A stretch of DNA of 64,000 bases from Tubiluchus corallicola. Lineage: Eukaryota; Animalia; Priapulida. Below the pieces are notes generated by a model that was given only the letters and a program-made list of their open reading frames with translations, was not told where the DNA came from and did not search any database. How positions within the stretch are numbered: the stretch's first letter is position 1; every line of letters starts with the position of its first letter. Shown here piece by piece: positions 53,568 through 64,000 of the stretch. Location: NCBI GenBank assembly GCA_030141605.1, contig JAQGDQ010000301.1, positions 62,001 to 126,000 of the forward strand, read 5' to 3'. Made by a program: the position numbers and the translations under genes.

Positions 53568-54363
53568 TCTTTTCGGAAGAAAAGGGCCAAACACAAATTA
53601 TTTTCGAACATTTGTCATTTATTCAGTAGCTTTTACAGAACGGAAACAGTTATGCAATAGTACATTATAAAATTTTCAATTTTACACTCTGTTTAGGCTT
53701 GTAACTTTTCGGTGTGAAGCATATCTATTAAATTAATTTATCATGCACGTGTTGCAAGAGTTGATTTGAGTGTGAAGTTGTGAACAACTTCCTAATTTTT
53801 TAGCTGATTTCCCGACTAAGATACGTGTGATATTTATTTGACATAAAATAAGTAACATTTGGAGTGCAGGTGAGAAATTATTAAATTATTGAAGAGAATC
53901 TTTTCTGAAAAAACTGTGCTGATCCTGAATTTGAGTTTGACACTAATTGTGTTAAGGTCAGTGTGAGCGCGACTAATTCAATAACGAATTCTTGTAACAC
54001 CTTGACTGATAATTATTTTAATAATTGATCCTAATAATAATAATGGAACAATTAGCTCTCACTACTAACGCCTTTTAGGTCTTCCTTTGTTATAAAGTGC
54101 ATTCGCTTTTAAAAGTGAATTCGACCTCATGGATGTAGTAGACGTGTCATAGTACAGTACTTGATTCGTACTTTTGTGAGTGCACGATGAAAATGGCGCA
54201 GGAAAAACCGCACGTGAAAAAGGGCGCAAATGGAAAAATAGGAAAAAGTGATGCATTTAGTGTTAGGATTACTGTTGTGGATAATTATTTTAATGGCTAT
54301 TCTGCTAAGGAAGTTATATTTTCAACGCCGTTTGTTTGTCTGGTTGTTTACGATTACGATTAT

Positions 54364-55010
54364 TATTACCTCCATCAAGGAAGTTATGTTTTTATCGTTC
54401 ATTTGTTTGTTGACAGGATTATGCAAAAACTACTTAGCAGATTTCCACGAAACGTTGTGGAGAAGTTGGGCTTAGGTGGTGAGCAAGACAAATTTGCTGC
54501 CGGGGAGGGACAGTGCCAAATGGGGCGTTCTTTGCTCATTTTTTCGCAAAAGTTGTTAGAAACCGTGTATAAAAATGCGTTCATGGGGGCTTCGGAGGGA
54601 ATTTTATAGCTCTTTGGAAAGAGGAGGAACTTGGCTACAAGACAGGCCAAGATAATAAATATCTCCGCGTTAGTTCCAGGTTCCATTTTTGCTTGGAAAC
54701 CCATGTCTATAATTTTCAAGCTAACTTCATTATGTAAATATGTGTATCTGTCAATCTATATTATTAATGTCAAAGAATTGTAGACAAACTCTAAGTAGGA
54801 TATTCGTGCACTGTTGATTGCAATTGTATTTTTCGAACTAAATATTTTGTGGGTGATTTCCTTAGTCTATATAATATTTATTTATTTATATAGGTATTAT
54901 GTTTGTGTTCATCTTTCTTTTATGTTTTTTCTTATCAAAAGAATCAGACTAACATGTCGGGCTGCTGGGCTTTGACGGAAGTCTGCTTCCTACCGAACGC
55001 ATTTTTGTTT
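54364..55010 (+). mobile_element. Helentron/Helitron-like non-autonomous element (HINE/DINE-type)
   Basis: 5' end TTACCTCCATCAAGGAAGTTATGTTTT...GGATTATGCAAAAACTACT...; 3' end TTGACGGAAGTCTGC...GCATTTTTGTT. Same family as 60634-61045. Confidence 0.7.
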
Positions 55011-57826
55011 TACATATGTGTCATTTTACCTACATTCACTTTTGGAATGTAGAGCTCGCAGAAAAAGATAAACAAGACGCGAAAGTCTAAGTGTTTTATT
55101 TCTCTTTTTATGGCCTAGAGTTCGTCTTGACGCTAAGTGAAAGTTATCGAAGAAAGTTAATCATACTAGGTCATATTATTAACAGAGTCTGTCTGGGAAA
55201 CTTCCCTGGCTGCACGTTATATGTACCCATATTGAGAGTACAGTAAGCAAGTCGGAAATATTTGCAGTAAGTATGCACAGCGTGGAGTCGTCGAGCGTGT
55301 TTCTGTGTCAAGGTTATCGGGTGGTTCACAGCAAAGCTTAGCGTGGGTAATGAACGGCTAGAAAGCGAGAGCACACGAGTTCTTGTTGGAGGAGAAAGTT
55401 CAGCGTAATGTCTGCTGTCATTGCAAGAGCCTTGTGCGTGTTATTCTGTGAAGTGAGGAGGTGTTGCTTTAATGATTGTAGCCTTGCTTTGTGACCATTT
55501 TATCTGTGCTCTCCTGGATTTCTTTACATCGATTGTACGATAGTATCTAATATTTACGCCGTTTTAAAATACAGTCAGTCACTGTGACGTGGATGAATCG
55601 AAAGTGAGACTAGATACTGACGTGGACCGTGTGTTGCAGTGAATTAGAGACGTATTATGATTCAGTGGAAAATAGCAAGACGAGGTACCTGTTGCATGTA
55701 GAATATAGATAAGTGAAGTGAGTTTAGAACCGCCGTCCGAATACATAGCTTTATGAAATTTTGGCAGATCAGTGTGCGGCGCACATTATAAGCCTCACTG
55801 CTTAGTTAACTAACTGATTTTCGTGTTATTGCGACTTTTGGCACCTAAATAATTATTACATGAATTACCAACTGGAAGAATGACTATTGTTAGTGTGCCT
55901 AACCATTTCAGAGTGAGACGCTGTTATTTCGCGTTCTCTCCTGTCACTAACGACTACAGTTCTCGCAGAAACACAACCTGTCGATTTTGCGACCAACACT
56001 TTTATGCTAAGTTTCGGAACTCATTTTCCACGACTTTCCCGTATTTGTTGCCCTTTCACTGATTCCTCACTTCCGCTTCTTAACAACCAGTTTCGCAGAC
56101 AAAATTTAGTGAATAAAAAAATTATTTCTTCTTGTTGGCACAGATGCTAGAAGGTCTGATTCGTAAGTCTCAGGTCTCTGGATCAAGTCTAGGTTCAGTT
56201 ATGACTTTTTTACATTTTCGTCGCCTTTTTTAAATTTTAAATGTTTCAATTTTGTTTTAACTTTTTATAATTATAGGTCGATTATAACTGTATTTTGCGT
56301 TTTCCACAGAATACACAGTTGTTTTGTAATCTTTGTTCAAGATTGTTATCATATAAATTGACAACGGAACAGAGTTCGACAGACGATGTTTCATTGGTCC
56401 TTGGTGTTACGTTTGTTAGTCGTTATCTTGTTCAATTTTACTACACAGCTGCATAAAATATATTTTCTCTAGCGGCGAGTTTTATCAGACGAAGTAGATA
56501 TAACGTTAGAGAAATTTAACCTTCCCAGGAGCATTTTCCGGTTTAACGATAATTGAGTAACCGGTCTCAGTTTAATGGCAAAGTATTTGTCTATAGGGGT
56601 AGTGAAGAAAGACAAGCTGACGAGATTACCCGCTGGTTGTTATTACTGTAGTATACCTGACCGGTAGACCTTGACTCACTTTCAAATGCGTGTTGTAGGA
56701 TTTTACGTCACCTGTCAGACCTTTCCTTCCTTATCAACTCAATAAAAGTTTTCTTGAATTGGTAAAAATTAATAGGGGTTCTGCTTGGGTTGAAAATGTT
56801 TGTGTTACTGGAGGAATGGGTTTTTACCTTACGATAAAGACATTTCTGCCACGTGAGACATCTTTTTACAGAGCCGTCATGTAAGCCTTTTTAATTAGTA
56901 ATTTTCCTAACCATTATATTCTTGTTTCCCCATGAAAGGTTGGTCATCTCTCCAAGCGTTCGAGCTCTTGAGATCGCACCACCATTGAATTGAGAGGAAT
57001 GGGTTGTAAATTTGCAATGCCCTATATAAACGCAATTAATTCGTCGTTAGCACTGTCACTTAAATTTGCACAAGCTGCGGGTACCCAATTAAGCAATTCG
57101 CATTGTTAATTTTATGTGCGTGAATTGTTTATTTTATGGGAAACGTTTTTACAGCTAGTCGTCGCTACTTTACTGGTTAAAAAGCGCGTTCTTACAGCAG
57201 AATGTAAATTCAAACGAAACCATTTCAAAGCAATGAATGATAAATTGTTATTAATTTGGCAACTAAGGTTACAAAGCAGCAAACGTTTTACTATTTTACC
57301 ATGCAGATGTATGAACCACGACAAACCTTATTTGACAGTAAGCAATTTTTATGAAAAAATACAATGCCAAATAAGATTGACTTGCAGAATCTTAACTAGT
57401 TTAGTACAGTGGATACGTTGAACACAAAATAAAATAAAAACAAGAGTGGCACATGTAAGGTTAAGTGTTTACTCTAAGTGAAGCTTCTAAGCTTTCATAT
57501 TTTAATAGTAGTTACTCTATCTCATATTTAAGAAAGCATTACCTAGCAAGAAATTATCAAGTTTAACAATCTCAAAGTTGTTTGCATCTATCAGGGATAT
57601 AATTGATCGTTGTAAGACTAGCTCTATGTTAGAGCTATAATAGTGTTTTCGTCGATCTCTTCTTGCCCAACAAATATCGTGTCTAACAACAAATTAGTTA
57701 CATATAGCGCAGTAATTGAAATCTACTAATTTCGTAAAGTGTTAGAATTTGTTTTGTTTGTTGCGTTTATTAAAGAACAGGCTGTTACTGTGTACCCACT
57801 GGCAACCCAATGTTTTTGCCTTTCAG

Positions 57827-58064
57827 AGTCTCTGGATTCACCAACGATGTCTCTAAATAGTCCAGGAGAGTTCTCCACTGGCACCATCTCTCCAATTGAG
57901 TTTAAAGTGGATCGAGCTTCACTGTCTTCCCCGGGTTGCTTGCCCTCGCCCACAACATTGTCTCCCACTGCAAGAATGCCCGTGTATCCTCCACTAGCTA
58001 ACACCAAGCACATCTGCTCCATATGTGGTGACAAAGCTTCTGGAAAACACTATGGAGTTTACAG
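57827..58064 (+). CDS. RXR: Retinoid X receptor exon: A/B region and first zinc finger
   Basis: tttcag|AG...AG|gtaaac; encodes ...[27 protein letters not shown]. Confidence 0.95.
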
Positions 58065-58851
58065 GTAAACGTTAAATTAAGGCCTGTGTTCAATTTCAGG
58101 TTTGGCAGAATGTTTCAATATGGGATTTGCTTTATGGTATATGAAACTTTTTGCTTACAGCTAAACAATACAGATATTGGAAGTTGTGATCGAGAATTAA
58201 TCACATTGGATATCGAGAATTAGCATAAAATCATGAAAGATTGTTATTAGAAATTTATATTTCCGATTGTTGAAGTTAGGCTTTAGGCCTAACATTTAAT
58301 AAGACAAATAAATTTTTCGTTTCATGTAATAATTAAAATTAGGATGTGACATTAGAAATCAGTGTCATTATAATCTAAAGCTTCTTTTTGTTCACTAGAA
58401 ATAAAGAATGAAGTTAGTTTTGTTGTAGTTTACATACAGTGTAGATTGTGGCATGAAAATCTGACACTGTGGTGGTTTAATAAAAAATGAATCCGAAAAC
58501 TACAGTGATACAGACTGTTCATCAGAGTACAAGCCAGTTAACATGTTAGTGAAAGTTAATTACCAGTCGTTAACTTAATATTAGTACTTTACTGTCTCAT
58601 CATCAATTGAAAGCATTCCGCATAGCATTTCAATCTTGCTATGTGAAAACAGGTGCCGAAATGTGATTATATCTGTTATAATTTCTGCATTTTTACGTTA
58701 AGATTTTTGTTACCGCTAAGCATGCTCCTTATATCTTAATAATGTGAAGTGAAATCTTATTTTAAGTCTTTTTTGCAGAGTACTTACGTGAGAAGACATA
58801 ATCTCACATATTAGAAATTAGCCATTAACACAGTTTTTGTGATTATTGTAG

Positions 58852-59009
58852 CTGTGAAGGCTGCAAGGGATTTTTTAAACGTACTGTGAGAAAGGATCTC
58901 AAGTACGCCTGTCGTGAAGACAGAAACTGTGTGATAGACAAACGTCAACGAAATCGATGCCAGTACTGCAGATATCAAAAATGCCTGTCCATGGGTATGA
59001 AACGAGAAG
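58852..59009 (+). CDS. RXR: RXR exon: DNA-binding domain (P box, second finger)
   Basis: tgtag|C...G|gtgaga; encodes [52 protein letters not shown]. Confidence 0.99.
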
Positions 59010-59625
59010 GTGAGATCATTTACGTAGATTGTAACGGTCTTATGTAATTGAAGGCCTCTTTTGTTTACAAAATTTAGTAGCAGGTAACATTTATACTCGT
59101 GTCGGTGCATATTTATTTGTATTGGTGCCTGCAAAGCCTTGGTTATGTGGAAGAAATTTTAGTGTTAAAAATAAACATTATAAGAAAGCTTAATGAACAT
59201 TGGTAAGGGTACCTCTTTAGATAAACCAATTTTTCTTTTGAGCATTTTTACTGTCCAGTTTTACTGCACTTTCATTTGCTGACCCTGTATCTATGAATGA
59301 TAACTACTTTATTCTAACATGGAGAGTTTGAAATTAGTTTAAAATCACTCCATTCTTTTGAAGCTTGTGCTTAACATGTCACTTGTTGGCTAGAGACAAA
59401 ATATAATGAAAGGTCAATTAATCGTGAACTGTATGGTAATTTGTACATTTGGCTTGGTAGTATTACTAATTTTGTAAGACTGGCCTAACATAATTATTGC
59501 ATGAGATTCTCAGAGCAGCAGATGTGTCAGCAAAAAACCAAAAAATCGTGCCAGGCCAGCCCTGTGTATATGAATGTATGCTTCTGCATTGACTTCAGGA
59601 ATCCTGGTAACTTCCACTGTTACAG

Positions 59626-59774
59626 CTGTGCAAGAGGAGAGGCAAAGAGCCAAAGAGAAGGCAGAAAATGAGGTGGAGAGCAGCAGTAATGCTAACGCCG
59701 ACATGCCTGTTGAGAACATACTTGATGCAGAACTACGAGTCAACCCAAATAATGACACGTACGTTGATGCACAG
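59626..59774 (+). CDS. RXR: RXR exon: T-box, hinge and helix 1
   Basis: ttacag|CT...CAG|gtaaag; encodes [39 protein letters not shown]... Confidence 0.97.
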
Positions 59775-60633
59775 GTAAAGAAAGTTCATGTAATATGTTT
59801 GAGTCATTAGTGCTAATACAAAGCAGGAAACTTTAATCTAATAGGTTTAAAATAGATAAATCGTCGGTACATCTCGATAAAGCATGGATTAATTTATTAG
59901 CTATTATAATATTGAATTTGCAGTAATTGAGCTATCATTACAGTTTTATTTGAGTCCCTTGTTGTAATCCTGTGTGGCCTTTTTTGAAATTAGCTATGTA
60001 TCCCTGTGCGACCTCCTCTGTTCCAATTCTCATTTGTCAATAATCTGAGCATTCCAAGTAACCGTACTAGGGAAAAATTTTTGCAAAGAATGGGAAATGC
60101 ATCAAATCGAATTGAGAAAATTGATACATCTCAACCGAAATTGCTTTAAACAATTGCTGTTTTACCTATTGGAAAATCATGTTTATTATATTGGATTCAA
60201 TAATTATGAGTTTGTTTCAAATAAATTTCTATTATATTGCACATTATTCTATTCATTTTGGTGCTTGCATTATACTACTATTCCATCCTATACTTTGAAT
60301 ATTGCATCAAATTGGCATCATATACTATTATTCCACATCATAAATATGAAATTCTTATTTTGCAGACACTTTAAGTATGTGTGTGAAATCTCATTTTGTT
60401 GGAGAATTTTTTGCTAGTCCTGTTTTTCAGAGACAGCAGTGGTATTAGATTGAATTCATTCTGTCAAAACGCATTCTGTCACATCAGTGCATTTAAATAT
60501 GTTTTTCGTTCAAGCTGCAGATGAATGTCACTTTTGAGCAAATTGCTTTACCTTGTATTTGATGGGTTTTGCAGCAGGTCTGCAGTGCCCATGTACTCTA
60601 GGTCTAGGCAATGAGCATGTAGAAAGATAACTG

Positions 60634-61045
60634 AACTAGAATTGCTCTCATTAGAGTTCAGATCTCTGTCAATTCCTGCAGTGTATAATTACTTACTCAA
60701 CTACACACATGCTTAGGTTACAACATCACCAATTGTTCAGACACTTGATTTATGAAGCCATTCTTGATATTCGTAATTTTTCTGCAGGCTGTATTATGAC
60801 GTCATACAGAATTTTCCCATACAAGCCTATAGTTAATCAATAAAAATTGATTTTCTTTTGTAATTCTTAATCGACCATTGCCAAAATTGAAAGTGATTGT
60901 CCTTCTGTCATTCCTCAGTTCTCCAGAAAGTTTTGTAAAAACCCGCAAAGTAGTTTTTGCATAATTTCGTTAGCAAACTAACTAAAAAACAAAATAATAA
61001 ACCAGCGGCGTTTCGGCGTTAAAAATATAACCTCCTTGTTGGCGC
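60634..61045 (-). mobile_element. Helentron-like non-autonomous element in an RXR intron
   Basis: Minus strand CAAGGAGGTTATATTTT...TTATGCAAAAACTACT...GAGAGCAATTCTAGTT; shares blocks with 54364-55010. Confidence 0.7.
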
Positions 61046-61250
61046 GATTTTTTCAACCTTGTTTCAAGATACCAGTAATCAAAGCATAAATCCAATTTAG
61101 TAATTTTCATTGTATGTTGGACATTTCCTAATTGTTAACTGCAGAACTGATATTAAACCAGATGCAAGCCAATTTTTTCACATAGTGCATAAGAACAGTA
61201 CATTTTTGTGTTAAGTGTGCCAGCCTGTTGATAGATTACAGTAATATGTA

Positions 61251-61797
61251 CCGTATATACTCGCATATAAGCCAACCCCCTAAAACTGCTTTAAAATGGC
61301 CAGTTTTTGCAAAAACCCGTATATAAGCCGACCATCAACTTGTCTAATTTTACTCCATACCCAATCAACAAAATTGATCCCTTTTTGTCACATTTTGTTA
61401 ATTGGGTATTTTTGGTTCATAGAAATTTTTTACTATAAAGATGTAAAATGCTTACTTTTATGTTACATACTAGAAGAAATAGAAGAAATTATACATTTTG
61501 ATATGAATAAAGAAGAAAATATTTTGTTTTCTATTTATTCACAAAAAATTATAACATTTCTGTTTATAATTTAACGTCGTGTTCTTAAAAATAATTAGAA
61601 ACCTTCAAAATCATTGTCCTGTCTCTGGACATGATAAATCAAAAGTCATATCCATTTTGTCTCTGGGCTTCAAACCGCTCGAAGATCTCCTTCTCCACAC
61701 ACTCCTTCATTTTGTTTCACGCGCATATAAGCCGACCCCCTGATTTCAGTATTGTATTTTATAGTTCTAAATTCGGCTTATATGCGAGTATATACGG
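61251..61797. mobile_element. Tc1/mariner-pogo-type MITE in an RXR intron
   Basis: Perfect 23-bp TIR CCGTATATACTCGCATATAAGCC, TA on both flanks, and internal ATATAAGCCGACC subterminal copies. Confidence 0.93.
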
Positions 61798-61875
61798 TAA
61801 GTGATGTTTTTGTCTTGAAGCTTAAAAAGTTTTGAAATTGTTTTGTTATGCTAATCTGTTGCTGATTCTGCGCAG

Positions 61876-62002
61876 AATGATCCGGTGACAAACATCTGCC
61901 AAGCGGCAGATAAGCAATTGTTGACTCTAGTCGACTGGGCGAAGCACATACCTCATTTCAGTGAATTGCCATTGGATGATCAAGTCATATTGCTTCGTGC
62001 AG
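61876..62002 (+). CDS. RXR: RXR exon: ligand-binding domain helices 3-4
   Basis: cgcag|AAT...G|gtaata; encodes [42 protein letters not shown]. Confidence 0.98.
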
Positions 62003-62736
62003 GTAATACTGAATTAATGTTCATTGTTTCTTTTAGCTTTTACTTATATAGTGTCAAATCATATTTGCATTTGCTTGCTTGCACACTGTTGATAGTGTGA
62101 ACATTGAATTTATGATATTAAGCATGTCAAGTCACATGTCATTGGCTTCTTTGTTTTATGGTTGTTAATACTGCATGTACTGCAAAAGTTGAGCAAAAAG
62201 TAACTTCAAACTCTTGCAAAAACTGACTCACACAATACCTAAGTTCACATCTGCTTGTTAACTAAAATTTACAGAACTTGTTATGTTGCATTTTCTTTGA
62301 CTCTGCTGGCATGTAGCTACATTAGGCTGTAGTTGGCAAGTAGTTTGCTGGACACTGTCCAAACACTTACCTCATTGTCAAGGACAAGCCTTTAAGACAA
62401 GACCGTATATAAGCAAATTCTTTCTTAACAGGGCAATCAACCAGAATTAACATGATGAATGAAACCACCCATAAGGGGTATTAAACCCATAGGTTGCCCG
62501 GGTTGTGAAACAGATATCATAACTAAAATTTTAATCTCTGAACTATGCATCTGGATTCTGGCCGTTTTAATTAAGTTATAAAAAAGCATAGCAGACTTAT
62601 AGATTACATTTTTTACTTTTCCTAGTAGCTCATAAGTGGGTTCTATAAAAGTGAAAATGATTCTTGTCCTGTAGTGTTTCTGTGTTCTGCACATCATAAT
62701 CATGAAATTAGTTGTTTACTGTTGAACGTTTTTTAG

Positions 62737-62961
62737 GCTGGAATGAGCTGCTGATTGCTGCCTTTTCACATCGCTCGATTGCTGTGAAGGATGGTATACT
62801 GTTGTCCACTGGTCTTCATGTTCATCGAAGTAGTGCCCATAGTGCAGGAGTTGGCAGCATATTTGATCGTGTCTTGACCGAGTTGGTGGCAAAAATGAGA
62901 GAAATGAGCATGGACAAAACCGAGTTAGGCTGTCTTCGTGCGATTATTCTCTTTAATCCGG
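62737..62961 (+). CDS. RXR: RXR exon: ligand-binding domain helices 5-8; the gene continues beyond the window
   Basis: ttttag|GC...G|gtattt; encodes [75 protein letters not shown]. Confidence 0.99.
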
Positions 62962-64000
62962 GTATTTTTTTGCCTTTCTACACTGTACAGTTTTAAAGTT
63001 TCCATAGCTTTTACACAGAAATGAGTATATTTATAGTAAAGAATGTTGATGCGTGCAGTAATTCAACTAGCTGACATGGATTGTTCCCTATGTTTAGTTT
63101 TGTGCAACCGAATTATGAAATATTCTTATGGAAGAAACAACGATTTTTAAAACTGTACAAGAAACAAAATGAACACCCCATTCGGGGGACAACCTAGCAA
63201 TTCTTGGGTAATATCACACACTTCAACTATTCTAGCCTAAGTTAAACTATAACTAGCAGTGGGCTTCAAGGAGTACAGTTTGGAACGTCCTAAGGATTGA
63301 AGGTTCTGAAACCAAAGCACATGTACCATTTTATATGTTTTTAGAGAACTTGGTTGACAAATGACAAATTTTAGGTTTTCCAATGCTGTCACTGCTTTAA
63401 TTATGCTTAATAGGCAACTGAGCTTGTAAAACAAGCTAGTTTCAATTAGTTTTAGTTTCAGATGTCGGTTATTTTTGGCCTTTGTTGATAATGAAGCCTT
63501 CCTATTAGCTCCCGAAACTACAATAATGAGCATTCATTAAAAATATTATGCGGAAAATTGTTGTTCAGCTCATTAACACGAGAAGAATTTAAATTGAATA
63601 TAATGTTGCAATGATGCAGTTTTGTGATAATCTTCAGTTTTAAGTTGTAATGAGTAGAAGCAGAAAACAAGTTAAAAATGAAAGATCACAAAAAGTTTGT
63701 GTAATAGTTTATCTACTTCTTTAAAATGTTGCATAATGACAATGCTGTTACTGGAGTGAATCGTGTTAGAACATTTGCAAACGAAGCTGTGAGCTGTGTA
63801 CTTAATAAAATAATAATGGTCGGCTAGAGTTTTGATTAGCAATAATGTTTTGTAATTATGATAAATATGAATTTACATGGTGAGTTCATAAAAAAGCCAT
63901 GTATTACAAATGTATTTACAAATACATGTTCATCAAGCATCTATAATATTCCATCTTCTGTTGTTCAATTTTGCTCTAACTTTGGATACGCGTAGAAGAT

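Noticed and set aside
54187-54719. 140-aa and 106-aa overlapping ORFs
   Set aside because: They run across a non-coding Helentron-like element and show no protein motif.
57726-59758. Antisense ORFs at 57726-58034, 58811-59134 and 59510-59758
   Set aside because: They are shadow frames of RXR exons.

Overview
AT-rich, intron-containing animal genomic DNA, most likely from an invertebrate. It is not prokaryotic: there are no operons, CRISPR arrays or rRNA genes. Four host loci are visible. (1) The last three exons of a CHST15/GalNAc4S-6ST-like carbohydrate sulfotransferase (+, 415-6844), with a 1-nt frameshift in the first visible exon. (2) A disrupted DUF268-type methyltransferase-fold gene (-, about 13375-16850). 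(3) A six-exon GT8 glucoside xylosyltransferase (GXYLT-like) gene (-, 21094-30007) whose N-terminal exon appears broken. (4) Five coding exons of the retinoid X receptor (RXR; +, 57827-62961, continuing beyond the window). Between them lie many decayed LINE fragments, tRNA-derived SINE heads, MITEs, Helentron-like non-autonomous elements and microsatellites. The most notable items are an apparently perfect 897-bp head-to-head inverted duplication of an LTR-like element carrying DR1-like sites; a decayed Polinton/adintovirus-like block with a protein-primed PolB motif; a 34-copy 47-bp hairpin satellite whose variants all preserve pairing on the + strand and form a 5-unit higher-order repeat; and an in-frame alternative acceptor that would add 9 aa to the RXR T-box. 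Family assignments come from manual motif recognition, not database searches.
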